This document shows positions 28,001 through 41,300 of a stretch of 64,000 nt of DNA, in pieces. Under the pieces are notes generated by a model. It was not told where the DNA came from. It was given only the letters and a program-made list of their open reading frames with translations, and did no database searches. The DNA comes from Nemertoderma westbladi (taxonomy: Eukaryota; Animalia; Xenacoelomorpha): the NCBI GenBank assembly GCA_032718475.1, contig JAUCBJ010007457.1, positions 1 to 64,000 of the forward strand. Reading direction: 5' to 3'. The stretch's first letter is position 1; each line of letters opens with the position of its first letter. A program made the position numbers and the translations under genes.

Positions 28001-31000
28001 AACTCTTTAAACAATTGTTTTGCGAATTATATACCACACTTTCAAGAGTCTGCAGCCCTAAAGCAACAGCATTGCCATTAGGGTCTGTTAAAAGAGTCCC
28101 ATCTGGTTTCCTTAATTTACCATCTGGTGTCCTTTCCAAGGGCTCCCCATTTGAAGAGAATATCTGACCATCTTCTCTAACAACCACAGGTTTCCCATCT
28201 GAACCTACAACAGGATTACCATTACCATCAGTTAGTTCTTTAAAAGGAGAAACACCCGTTCTTGATTTTCTGCCCTTTGGATCAACTAACTTTACATCTG
28301 GTGCTAATGTCATTGGATCACCCTTATTATTCTTGACATGCCCATCACCTCCAACAGTTACGGGTTTCCCATCAGGGCCTAAGATTGGTTTCCCATCACA
28401 GGAGTACAATTTATTTCCACGACCAAGAGTTGCTGGTTTTCCATCAGGACCTAGAATAGGTTTCCCATTTTCATCTATAATTTCTCCTTTAGGATTTACT
28501 TTTAGTGGTTTTCCATCTGAATCATATATTTGACCATTTGGAGCTAATGTCAATGGTCTGCCTTTCTCATCAACTAGTGGTTCTCCATTTGGATTGTAAA
28601 GCTGAGTTCCAGGACCAAGTACAATAGGATTACCTTCTGCATCTAATACAGGACTTCCATCTGGATTCAACAACTTTCCATTAGGGTCTTTATTCAATTT
28701 ATTTCCATTTGCATCGAATAAGTCTCCATTATCTCCAACAAGTATTGGATTTCCAGAATTATCTAAAATAGGGTTTTTATCTGAACCAATAAGAGGTTTC
28801 ATAGTGTTTACTTTGGCAGGAGAGCCATCTGGATTAGTAATGGGATCACCGTTTGTATCAATCAATGTGCCATCTTTAGAAACTGCTACTGGTGATCCAT
28901 CACTGTCAACAAGTTGTCCATTGTTATTCAATGATAATGGATGTCCTTTTTCATCAACAATTGGCTTGCCTTCAGGGCTATAAAGCAAGCTATCAGGACC
29001 TAATGATATAGGCATACCTTCACTATCAACTAAGGGTTTACCATCTGGACCAAATAATTCACCATTCGAACCAATGCGTACTGGGTTACCATCAGCATCT
29101 TTTAACTGACCATTTGGAGATAACATCAATGGTTTCCCATCAGGTCCAAGTATCGGTTCTCCATTTGAATTATATACCATGCTATCTGGTATTCCTGGGT
29201 CTAAAGCAACATCATTGCCATGAGGGTCTTTTAAAATGCTCCCATCTGGTTTCCTTAATTTACCATCTGGTGTCCTTTCCAAGGGCTCCCCATTTGAAGC
29301 GAATATCTGACCATCTTCTCTAACAACCACAGGTTTCCCATCCGAACCTACAACAGGATTGCCATTCTCATCAGTTAGTTCTTTAAAAGGAGAAACACCT
29401 GTTCTTGATTTTCTGCCCTTTGGATCAACTAACTTTCCATCTGGTGCTAATGTCATTGGATCACCCTTATTATTCTTTACACGCCCATCACCTCCAACAG
29501 TTACAAGTTTCCCATCAGGGCCTAAGATTGGTTTCCCATCAGAGGAGTACAATTTATTTCCACGACCAAGAGTTGCTGGTTTTCCATCAGGACCTAGAAT
29601 ATGTTTCCCATTTTCATCGGTAATTTCTCCTTTAGGATTTACTTTTAGTGGTTTCCCATCTGAATCATATATTTGACCATTTGGAGCTAATGTCAATGGT
29701 CTGCCTTTCTCATCAACTAGTGGTTCTCCATTCGGATTGTAAAGCTGAGTTCCAGGACCAAGTACAATAGGATTACCTTCTGCATCTAATACAGGACTTC
29801 CATCTGGATTCAACAACTTTCCATTAGGGTCTTTATTCAATTTATTACCATTTGTATCGAATAAGTCTCCATTATCTCCAACAAGTATTGGATTTCCAGA
29901 GTTATCTAAAATAGGGTTTTTATCCGAACCAATAAGAGGTTTCATAGTGTTTACTTTGGCAGGAGAGCCATCTGGATTAGTAATGGGATCACCGTTTGTA
30001 TCAATCAATGTGCCATCTTTAGAAACTGCTACTGGTGATCCATCACTGTCAACAAGTTGTCCATTGTTATTCAATGATATTGGATGTCCTTTTTCATCAA
30101 CAATTGGCTTGCCTTCAGGGCTATAAAGCAAGCTATCAGGACCTAATGATATAGGCATACCTTCACTATCAACTAAGGGTTTACCATCTGGACCAAATAA
30201 TTCACCATTGGAACCAATGCGTACTGGGTTACCATCAGCATCTTTTAACTGACCACTTGGAGATAACATCAATGGTTTCCCATCAGGTCCAAGTATCGGT
30301 TCTCCATTTGAATTATATACCATGCTATCTGGTATTCCTGGGTCTAAAGCAACATCATTGCCATGAGGGTCTTTTAAAATGCTCCCATCTGGTTTCCTTA
30401 ATTTACCATCTGGTGTCCTTTCCAAGGGCTCCCCATTTGAAGAGAATATCTGTCCATCTTCTCTAACAACCACAGGTTTCCCATCCGAACCTACAACAGG
30501 ATTGCCATTCTCATCAGTTAGTTCTTTAAAAGGAGAAACACCTGTTCTTGATTTTCTGCCCTTTGGATCAACTAACTTTCCATCTGGTGCTAATGTCATT
30601 GGATCACCCTTATTATTCTTGACATGCCCATCACCTCCAACAGTTATGGGTTTCCCATCAGGGCCTAAGATTGGTTTCCCATCACAGGAGTACAATTTAT
30701 TTCCACGACCAAGAGTTGCTGGTTTTCCATCAGGACCTAGAATATGTTTCCCATTTTCATCGATAATTTCTCCTTTAGGATTTACTTTTAGTGGTTTTCC
30801 ATCTGAATCATATATTTGACCATTTGGAGCTAATGTCAATGGTCTGCCTTTCTCATCAACTAGTGGTTCTCCATTTGGATTGTAAAGCTGAGTTCCAGGA
30901 CCAAGTACAATAGGATTACCTTCTGCATCTAATACAGGACTTCCATCTGGATTCAACAACTTTCCATTAGGGTCTTTATTCAATTTATTACCATTTGTAT

Positions 31001-34000
31001 CAAATAAGTCTCCATTATCTCCAACAAGTATTGGATTTCCAGAGTTATCTAAAATAGTGTTTTTATCCGAACCAATAAGAGGTTTCATAGTGTTTACTTT
31101 GGCAGGAGAGCCATCTGGATTAGTAATGGGATCACCGTTTGTATCAATCAATGTGCCATCTTTAGAAACTGCTACTGGTGATCCATCACTGTCAACAAGT
31201 TGTCCATTGTTATTCAATGATAATGGATGTCCTTTTTCATCAACAATTGGCTTACCATCAGGGCTATAAAGCAAGCTATCAGGACCTAATGATATAGGCA
31301 TCCCTTCACTATCAACTAAGGGTTTACCATCTGGACCAAATAATTCACCATTGGAACCAATGCGTACTGGGTTACCATCAGCATCTTTTAACTGACCATT
31401 TGGAGATAACATCAATGGTTTCCCATCAGGTCCAAGTATCGGTTCTCCATTTGAATTATATACCATGCTATCTGGTATTCCTGGGTCTAAAGCAACATCA
31501 TTGCCATGAGGGTCTTTTAAAATGCTCCCATCTGGTTTCCTTAATTTACCATCTGGTGTCCTTTCCAAGGGCTCCCCATTTGAAGAGAATATCTGACCAT
31601 CTTCTCTAACAACCACAGGTTTCCCATCCGAACCTACAACAGGATTGCCATTCTCATCAGTTAGTTCTTTAAAAGGAGAAACACCTGTTCTTGATTTTCT
31701 GCCCTTTGGATCAACTAACTTTCCATCTGGTGCTAATGTCATTGGATCACCCTTATTATTCTTGACATGCCCATCACCTCCAACAGTTACGGGTTTCCCA
31801 TCAGGGCCTAAGATTGGTTTCCCATCACAGGAGTACAATTTATTTCCACGACCAAGAGTTGCTGGTTTTCCATCAGGACCTAGAATAGGTTTCCCATTTT
31901 CATCGATAATTTCTCCTTTAGGATTTACTTTTAGCGGTTTCCCATCTGAATCATATATTTGACCGTTTGGAGCTAATGTCAATGGTCTGCCTTTCTCATC
32001 AACTAGTGGTTCTCCATTCGGATTGTAAAGCTGAGTTCCAGGACCAAGTACAATAGGATTACCTTCTGCATCTAATACAGGACTTCCATCTGGATTCAAC
32101 AACTTTCCATTGGGGTCTTTATCAAGTTGATTTCCTTGAGAGTCACAAACAACCCCATCATCTGAAATAAATAGCGGTTTTCCATCTTGCCCAATGACGG
32201 GTGTACCATTAGCATCAAGCAGAATAGCAGGTTTGTTTTCATTATCACTGTAAGGCACTGAAGAATCCATTCGTGGGTCATTAGAACTCAATGTTGCTGG
32301 CATTCCATCTGCTTGAGTCAGTCTCCTACCATCTGGGGTCATCAGCTCGCCATTTGGTGCCAAACTAATGTTTGAACCATCACTGTCCATTATTTGCCCA
32401 TCCGGATTGATTGTTAGAACATCACCATTTGGGTTTTTAATAGGTTGACCATCGCTACCCAGTAAAGTATTGCCAGGTGGCAATTTTAATGGCTTTCCAT
32501 CTTTTCCCAATATTGGTTTCCCATTGGACCCAATTATTTCCCCACCCGGCCCTATACTAACAGGTTTCATATCTGGTCCAATTATTTGACCATTGGGAGA
32601 CATTATTATGTTTTGACCCTTAGCATCAAGCAATGGTTGCCCATCTGGACCATAAACGTTTCTGCCTGGAATACTTTTCAAAGGAGCACCATTGGTTCCA
32701 GATGCTGCATTCCCATTATCATCTAAAATTAACCCAGTTTCTGGATCTCTCTTCAATATATTACCAGCTTCAGACATTAATGTTCCATCTTCCTTGAGAA
32801 CTATGGGTGAACCATCAGGTGCCAGGAGTGGCGTACCATCATCTGTGCATAATGTACCATCTGGTCGAACTGTAAGAGGTTTTCTATCAGGGCCATAGAG
32901 GGGCTGGCCTTGGTTGTCAAGTAGATTACCTTTTCTATCCTTACCAAAAGAGCCCTGTCTAGGTCTGCCTGGTTCAACTGGCTGTAAAATATCGCCGTTG
33001 CCATTGACAATAGGTATTCCATCCGAATCGACTAGCTGACCATTAGGACCATGTTGTAGAGGTTCACCATCACCATCAAGAATTTCCCCATCTGGTGAAA
33101 CTGAAAGTGGTTTACCATTTGATCCAATTAATGGAACTCCATCAGGCCCAAAGAGATGACAATCTTTACCAAGAATTAATGGGTCTCCCTCAGGGTTTAA
33201 CAGAGGCGATCCATCTTCATACAGGAGTTCACCATCAGGCCCGATATGAATAGGTACTCCATTTGCATCATGCAGCTTACCATCTGATCCTATTGTAATG
33301 GGATCAAAATTGCTATCAACAAGAGGAGAACCATCTGGACCAAACAAAGTATTTTGTGGTGACATTCCATGTGGAATACCTGATGGACCAGAAAGGGGTT
33401 GTCCATCAGGTCCAACCAACTGCCCATTCCGCAATACATCCACAGGTGAACCATCACCTTGTTTAATCCGCCCATCTTTCCCAACACATAATGGTTGCCC
33501 ATCATTGCCATGTATCGGCTGTCCGTCAGGCCCATATATCCCACAATCTGGTCCCAAACTGATTGGCTTTCCATCTGGCCCCTTAATTGGCTTCCCAACA
33601 TAGTCAGTAATCTCGCCATTTGGTCTGATCATTACTGGATGTCCATCTGGTCCTATAATTCTACCATCGGGAGTGATTGTTAATGGTTTACCATCGGGAC
33701 CTAATATCGGTTTACCATCTGGGCTGTAAAGTTTCGCCAATGGGGCAGTCGATAGAGGTTTCCCATTAACATCTAGTATTGGTTTACCATTTGCACCATA
33801 TAAATCACCTCCAGGACCAACATGTATTGGAGACCCATCTGAGTTGGTTAACTGTCCATCTGGATTTACTCTCAATGGGTTACCTGTAGAATCAACTAAA
33901 GGTTTCCCATCTGGTCCACTTAACCCACAATTAGGTCCAATACTAAGAGGGTGTCCATCTCTACCCACCAAAGGTTGTCCTTCATCATTCAGTAAAGCTC

Positions 34001-34408
34001 CAGATGGGTCGACTTTAATTGGTTTACCATTGGCTTGTCGCAGTTGGCCATCTGGCCCTAATATGATTGGCTGTCCATTCTCATCTAGAAGGGGGTATCC
34101 ATTAGGCCCGGTGACTACTCCAGTAGACCCTTGTTTGAGCGGGTCCCCCTCTGCATTGACCAACTGTTTCCCGGATGCATCAACCAGACCCCCATCAGGT
34201 CCAACATACACTGGGTTCCCTTCATCATCTACAAGCCCTCCATCTGGGGCCTGCAGTATAAACTTCCCATCTGGTGTCTGTAATGGCTTCCCATCCTTCC
34301 CCAATAGGGGATGGGTCCCAGGCCCCTTTCCCTTTGACCTAGCAGACTCCCTACGACTCATTTTCCTTAAAACAGACTCTTTTCGCTTTTTATCCACTTC
34401 AGAAGCAC
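19097..34408 (-). CDS. Putative giant cassette exon of filamin (15,312 nt, 5,104 codons), rich in G-P/x-D-G-K/x-P repeats, inserted between Ig2 and Ig3
   Basis: Lies within the stop-free ORF 19089-34517. Phase-1 acceptor ttccatAG|GTGCT at 34408 and phase-1 donor GACG|GTAAAT at 19097. The length is divisible by 3 and the phases match the flanking filamin exons. That the ORF is coding is well supported. That it splices into filamin is inferred. Confidence 0.72.
19170..19480 (-). repeat. Coding 33-bp repeat (HPDSQAYPS[P/S]R, ~9 copies) at the end of the giant exon
   Basis: Visible in both the DNA and the translation. Confidence 0.88.
28097..32112 (-). repeat. Coding 1,143-bp (381-aa) tandem duplication, ~3.5 near-identical copies, inside the giant exon
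   Basis: Identical landmarks recur at 29114, 30257 and 31400 (spacing 1143). The protein block KDPNGKLLNPDGSPVLDAEG...KGRKSRTGVSPFKEL repeats. Confidence 0.93.
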
Positions 34409-34925
34409 CTATGGAATTCATATATTTATCAAGCACCAATGTATAAATAAGGTTATGGTATATCAAATTATTCTTAATATTAATAATCGTAGCTATGAGA
34501 TGCAATATCGACGACAATTAATCAAAATAATTACTTAAGATTTTTACTTACTTAATTTGACCTACTGAGTAATACTAGATGCAAGACATAATATTTGTGT
34601 ACTAAGACATTATAACTATAGACTATAATAATTAAGATTATGAATAGTCAGACAAGGTTTCTATTATATTAGTTGTAATAATATCTGAGTAAACCGAATG
34701 TTTAAATTTATTATGTATATAATTTTAATATATCGACTAAACATTAACAAAATTAGGTTTTGCATAGTCTATGAGGGTCCTTGTCTCAGGGAAATCATTT
34801 TGAAATGGAATTCAAAAATATAAATATATGATTGAATGACGTCTGACTTAGATATCATTAACAATAGAATTCTTGCGATCCTCTTGTAGAAACATGAATT
34901 ATCCATACCGAATAGGGCTACCTAC

Positions 34926-35126
34926 CTGGCGATATTCTAACAGAATATGGACTTTTTGGAATATTATCCCCGCCAAATGTAATCCCGATATTTCTAATAC
35001 CAGATGTTGTTGGTACGTAACGACATTCGTATATGTCTCCGTGGACTTTATTGAGTTTCATACGAGTTGTTTCAGATGAACCATCTTCATCAACAATATT
35101 CACTTCAACATGACCATTACCGGCAT
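34926..35126 (-). CDS. FLN: Filamin exon: Ig2 C-terminal part
   Basis: 201 nt, (D)AGNGHVEVNIVDEDG...YECRYVPTTSGIRNIGITFGGDNIPKSPYSVRISP. Acceptor ttcacAG, donor G|GTAGGT, phase 1/1, in frame with the previous exon. Confidence 0.92.
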
Positions 35127-35399
35127 CTGTGAATAATTAAACAAATTGAACCGAGTGAACCGAGCACCGAGCACCTCTACTTAGTAAAAAAAATACAAAC
35201 GAGTCGTTAAATATTATTTAACCAATATTTTAGTAAACTATGTTACATTGTTAAAAATAGTAATCACTGGTAATAATACATGTTAAATTAATATTGGAAT
35301 ATGACTGAATAAATTATTCTTTGTCCAAAAAATAACAATAAATATATCCCACAACCATTATCAGAGAGAATAGAATGTCACAAACGATGATATGATTGT

Positions 35400-38300
35400 A
35401 ACAAAATCAGCTACTCCCTCAACCAAAGTACCAGCTACACCCACAACCAAAGTACCAGCTACACCCACAACCAAAGTACCAGCTACACCCTCAACCAAAG
35501 TATCAGCTACACCATCAACCAAAGTACCTGCTACACTATCAACCAAAGTACCAGCTACACCGTCAACCAAAGTACCAGCTACACCCTCAACCAAAGTACC
35601 AGCTACACCATCAACCAAAGTACCAGCTACACCCTCAACCAAAGTACCTGCTACACTATCAACCAAAGTACCAGCTACACCGTCAACCAAAGTACCAGCT
35701 ACACCCTCAACCAAAGTATCAGCTACACCATCAACCAAAGTACCTGCTACACTATCAACCAAAGTACCAGCTACACCGTCAACCAAAGTACCAGCTACAC
35801 CCTCAACCAAAGTACCAGCTACACCATCAACCAAAGTACCAGCTACACCATCAACCAAAGTACCTGCTACACTATCAACCAAAGTACCAGCTACACCGTC
35901 AACCAAAGTACCAGCTACACCCTCAACCAAAGTACCAGCTACACCATCAACCAAAGTACCAGCTACACCATCAACCAAAGTACCTGCTACACTATCAACC
36001 AAAGTACCAGCTACACCGTCAACCAAAGTACCAGCTACACCCTCAACCAAAGTACCAGCTACACCCTCAACCAAAGTACCAGCTACACCCTCAACCAAAG
36101 TACCAGCTACACCCTCAACCAAAGTACCAGCTACACCCTCAACCAAAGTACCAGCTACACCCTCAACCAAAGTACCAGCTACACCCTCAACCAAAGTACC
36201 AGCTACACCCTCAACCAAAGTATCAGCTACACCCTCAACCAAAGTACCAGCTACACCATCAACCAAAGTACCAGCTACACCCTCAACCAAAGTACCAGCT
36301 ACACCCTCAACCAAAGTACCAGCTACACCCTCAACCAAAGTACCAGCTACACCCTCAACCAAAGTACCAGCTACACCCTCAACCAAAGTACCAGCTACAC
36401 TCTCAACCAAAGTACCAACTACACCCTCAACCAAAGTACCAGCTACACCTTTCAAACAAAGTGCCAGCTACACCATCAACCAAAGTACCAGCTACACCCT
36501 CAACCAAAGTACCAGCTACACCCTCAACCAAAGTACCAGCTACACCCTCAACCAAAGTACCAGCTACACTCTCAATCAAAGTACCAACTACACCCTCAAC
36601 CAAAGTACCAGCTACACACTCAAACAAAATACCAGCTACACCCTCAAACAAAATACCAGCTACACTCTCAACCAAAGTACCAGCTACACCCTCAACCAAA
36701 GTACCTGCTACACCATCAACCAAAGTACGAGCTACACCATCAACCAAAGTACCAGCTACACCATCAACCAAAGTACCAGCTACACCATCAACCAAAGTAC
36801 CAGCTACACCATCAACCAAAGTACCAGCTACACCATCAACCAAAGTACCAGCTACACCATCAACCAAAGTACCAGCTACACCCTCAACCAAAGTACCAGC
36901 TACACCATCAACCAAAGTACCAGCTACACCATCAACCAAAGTACCAGCTACACCCTCAACCAAAGTACCAGCTACACCCTCAACCAAAGTACCAGCTACA
37001 CCATCAACCAAAGTACCAGCTACACCCTCAACCAAAGTACCAGCTACACCCTCAACCAAAGTACCAGCTACACCCTCAACCAAAGTACCAGCTACACTCT
37101 CAATCAAAGTACCAACTACACCCTCAACCAAAGTACCAGCTACACACTCAAACAAAGTACCAGCTACACCATCAACCAAAGTACCAGCTACACCATCAAC
37201 CAAAGTACCAGCTACACCCTCAACCAAAGTACCAGCTACACCCTCAACCAAAGTACCAGCTACACCATCAACCATAGTACCAGCTACACCATCAACCAAA
37301 GTACCAGCTACACCCTCAACCAAAGTACCAGCTACACCCTCAAACAAAATACCAGCTACACTCTCAACCAAAGTACCAGCTACACCCTCAACCAAAGTAC
37401 CTGCTACACCATCAACCAAAGTACCAGCTACACCATCAACCAAAGTACCAGCTACACCCTCAACCAAAGTACCAGCTACACCATCAACCAAAGTACCAGC
37501 TACACCATCAACCAAAGTACCAGCTACACCCTCAACCAAAGTACCAGCTACACCATCAACCAAAGTACCAGCTACACCATCAACCAAAGTACCAGCTACA
37601 CCCTCAACCAAAGTACCAGCTACACCCTCAACCAAAGTACCAGCTACACCATCAACCAAAGTACCAGCTACACCATCAACCAAAGTACCAGCTACACCAT
37701 CAACCAAAGTACCAGCTACACCCTCAACCAAAGTACCAGCTACACCCTCAACCAAAGTACCAGCTACACCCTCAACCAAAGTACCAGCTACACTCTCAAT
37801 CAAAGTACCAACTACACCCTCAACCAAAGTACCAGCTACACACTCAAACAAAATACCAGCTACACCCTCAAACAAAATACCAGCTACACTCTCAACCAAA
37901 GTACCAGCTACACCCTCAACCAAAGTACCAGCTACACCTTCAACCAAAGTACCAGCTACACCCTCAAACAAAATACCAGCTACACTCTCAACCAAAGTAC
38001 CAGCTACACCCTCAACCAAAGTACCAGCTACACCCTCAACCAAAGTACCAGCTACACCCTCAACCAAAGTACCAGCTACACTCTCAATCAAAGTACCAAC
38101 TACACCCTCAACCAAAGTACCAGCTACACACTCAAACAAAATACCAGCTACACCCTCAAACAAAATACCAGCTACACTCTCAACCAAAGTACCAGCTACA
38201 CCCTCAACCAAAGTACCTGCTACACCCCCAACCAAAGTACCAGCTACACTCTCAACCAAAGTACAAGCTACACCCCCAACCAAAGTACCAGCTACACCCT

Positions 38301-41300
38301 CAACCAAAGTACCAGCTACACCCCCAACCAAAGTACAAGCTACACCCTCAACCAAAGTACCTGCTACACCATCAACCAAAGTACCTGCTACACCATCAAC
38401 CAAAGTACCAGCTACACCATCAACCGAAGTATCAGCTACACCATCAACCAAAGTATCAGCTACTCCCTCAACCAAAGTACCAGCTACACCATCAACCAAA
38501 GTACCAGCTACACCCTCAACCAAAGTACCAGCTACACCATCAAACAAAGTACCAGCTACACCCTCAACCAAAGTACCAGCTACACCCTCAACCAAAGTAT
38601 CAGCTACACCCTCAACCAAAGTACCAGCTACACCCTCAACCAAAGTACCAGCTACACCGTCAACCAAAGTACCAGCTACACTCTCAACCAAAGTACCAGC
38701 TACACCGTCAACCAAAGTACCAGCTACACTCTCAACCAAAGTACCAGCTACACCGTCAACCAAAGTACCAGCTACACTCTCAACCAAAGTACCAGCTACA
38801 CTCTCAACCAAAGTACCTGCTACACCATCAACCAAAGTACCAGCTACACCATCAACCAAAGTACCAGCTACACCATCAACCAAAGTACCAGCTACACCGT
38901 CAACCAAAGTACCAGCTACACTCTCAACCAAAGTACCAGCTACACCGTCAACCAAAGTACCAGCTACACTCTCAACCAAAGTACCAGCTACACTCTCAAC
39001 CAAAGTACCTGCTACACCATCAACCAAAGTACCAGCTACACCATCAACCAAAGTACCAGCTACACTCTCAACCAAAGTACCAGCTACACCGTCAACCAAA
39101 GTACCAGCTACACTCTCAACCAAAGTACCAGCTACACTCTCAACCAAAGTACCTGCTACACCATCAACCAAAGTACCAGCTACACCATCAACCAAAGTAC
39201 CAGCTACACCATCAACCAAAGTACCTGCTACACCATCAACCAAAGTACCTGCTACACCATCAACCAAAGTACCAGCTACACCATCAACCAAAGTACCAGC
39301 TACACCCCCAACCAAAGTACCAGCTACACCATCAAACAAAGTACCAGCTACACCCTCAACCAAAGTACCAGCTACACCCTCAACCAAAGTATCAGCTACA
39401 CCCTCAACCAAAGTACCAGCTACACCCTCAACCAAAGTACCAGCTACACCCTCAACCAAAGTACCAGCTACACCCTCAACCAAAGTACCAGCTACACCAT
39501 CAACCAAAGTACCAGCTACACCATCAACCAAAGTACCAGCTACACCCTCAACCAAAGTATCAGCTACACCCCCAACCAAAGTACCAGCTACACCCTCAAC
39601 CAAAGTACCAGCTACACCCTCAACCAAAGTATCAGCTACACCCTCAACCAAAGTACCAGCTACACCATCAACCAAAGTACCAGCTACACCATCAACCAAA
39701 GTACCAGCTACACCATCAACCAAAGTACCAGCTACACCCCCAACCGAAGTACCAGCTACACCCTCAACCAAAGTACAAGTTACACCCCCAACCAAAGTAC
39801 CAGCTACACCCTCAACCAAAGTACCAGCTACACCCCCAACCAAAGTACAAGCTACACCCTCAACCAAAGTACCAGCTACACCATCAACCAAAGTACCAGC
39901 TACACCCTCAACCAAAGTACCAGCTACACCCTCAACCAAAGTACCAGCTACACCCTCAACCAAAGTACCAGCTACACCATCAACCATAGTACCAGCTACA
40001 CCCTCAACCAAAGTACCAGCTACACCATCAACCATAGTACCAGCTACACCCTCAACCAAAGTACCTGCTACACCATCAACCAAAGTACGAGCTACACCAT
40101 CAACCAAAGTACCAGCTACACCATCAACCAAAGTACCAGCTACACCATCAACCAAAGTACCAGCTACACCATCAACCAAAGTACCAGCTACACCATCAAC
40201 CAAAGTACCAGCTACACCATCAACCAAAGTACCAGCTACACCCTCAACCAAAGTACCAGCTACACCATCAACCAAAGTACCAGCTACACCATCAACCAAA
40301 GTACCAGCTACACCCTCAACCAAAGTACCAGCTACACCCTCAACCAAAGTACCAGCTACACCATCAACCAAAGTACCAGCTACACCCTCAACCAAAGTAC
40401 CAGCTACACCCTCAACCAAAGTACCAGCTACACCCTCAACCAAAGTACCAGCTACACTCTCAATCAAAGTACCAACTACACCCTCAACCAAAGTACCAGC
40501 TACACACTCAAACAAAGTACCAGCTACACCATCAACCAAAGTACCAGCTACACCATCAACCAAAGTACCAGCTACACCCTCAACCAAAGTACCAGCTACA
40601 CCCTCAACCAAAGTACCAGCTACACCATCAACCATAGTACCAGCTACACCATCAACCAAAGTACCAGCTACACCCTCAACCAAAGTACCAGCTACACCCT
40701 CAAACAAAATACCAGCTACACTCTCAACCAAAGTACCAGCTACACCCTCAACCAAAGTACCTGCTACACCATCAACCAAAGTACCAGCTACACCATCAAC
40801 CAAAGTACCAGCTACACCCTCAACCAAAGTACCAGCTACACCATCAACCAAAGTACCAGCTACACCATCAACCAAAGTACCAGCTACACCCTCAACCAAA
40901 GTACCAGCTACACCATCAACCAAAGTACCAGCTACACCATCAACCAAAGTACCAGCTACACCCTCAACCAAAGTACCAGCTACACCCTCAACCAAAGTAC
41001 CAGCTACACCATCAACCAAAGTACCAGCTACACCATCAACCAAAGTACCAGCTACACCATCAACCAAAGTACCAGCTACACCCTCAACCAAAGTACCAGC
41101 TACACCCTCAACCAAAGTACCAGCTACACCCTCAACCAAAGTACCAGCTACACTCTCAATCAAAGTACCAACTACACCCTCAACCAAAGTACCAGCTACA
41201 CACTCAAACAAAATACCAGCTACACCCTCAAACAAAATACCAGCTACACTCTCAACCAAAGTACCAGCTACACCCTCAACCAAAGTACCAGCTACACCTT

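Noticed and set aside
19148-34446. Many plus-strand ORFs overlapping the giant ORF
   Set aside because: They are antisense shadows of a repetitive Gly/Pro/Asp-rich coding sequence.
34409-34517. N-terminal extension of the 5,142-aa ORF (MSSILHLIAT...)
   Set aside because: AT-rich, intron-like sequence with a non-ATG start upstream of a good in-phase acceptor. An independent start at MNSIG cannot be fully excluded.
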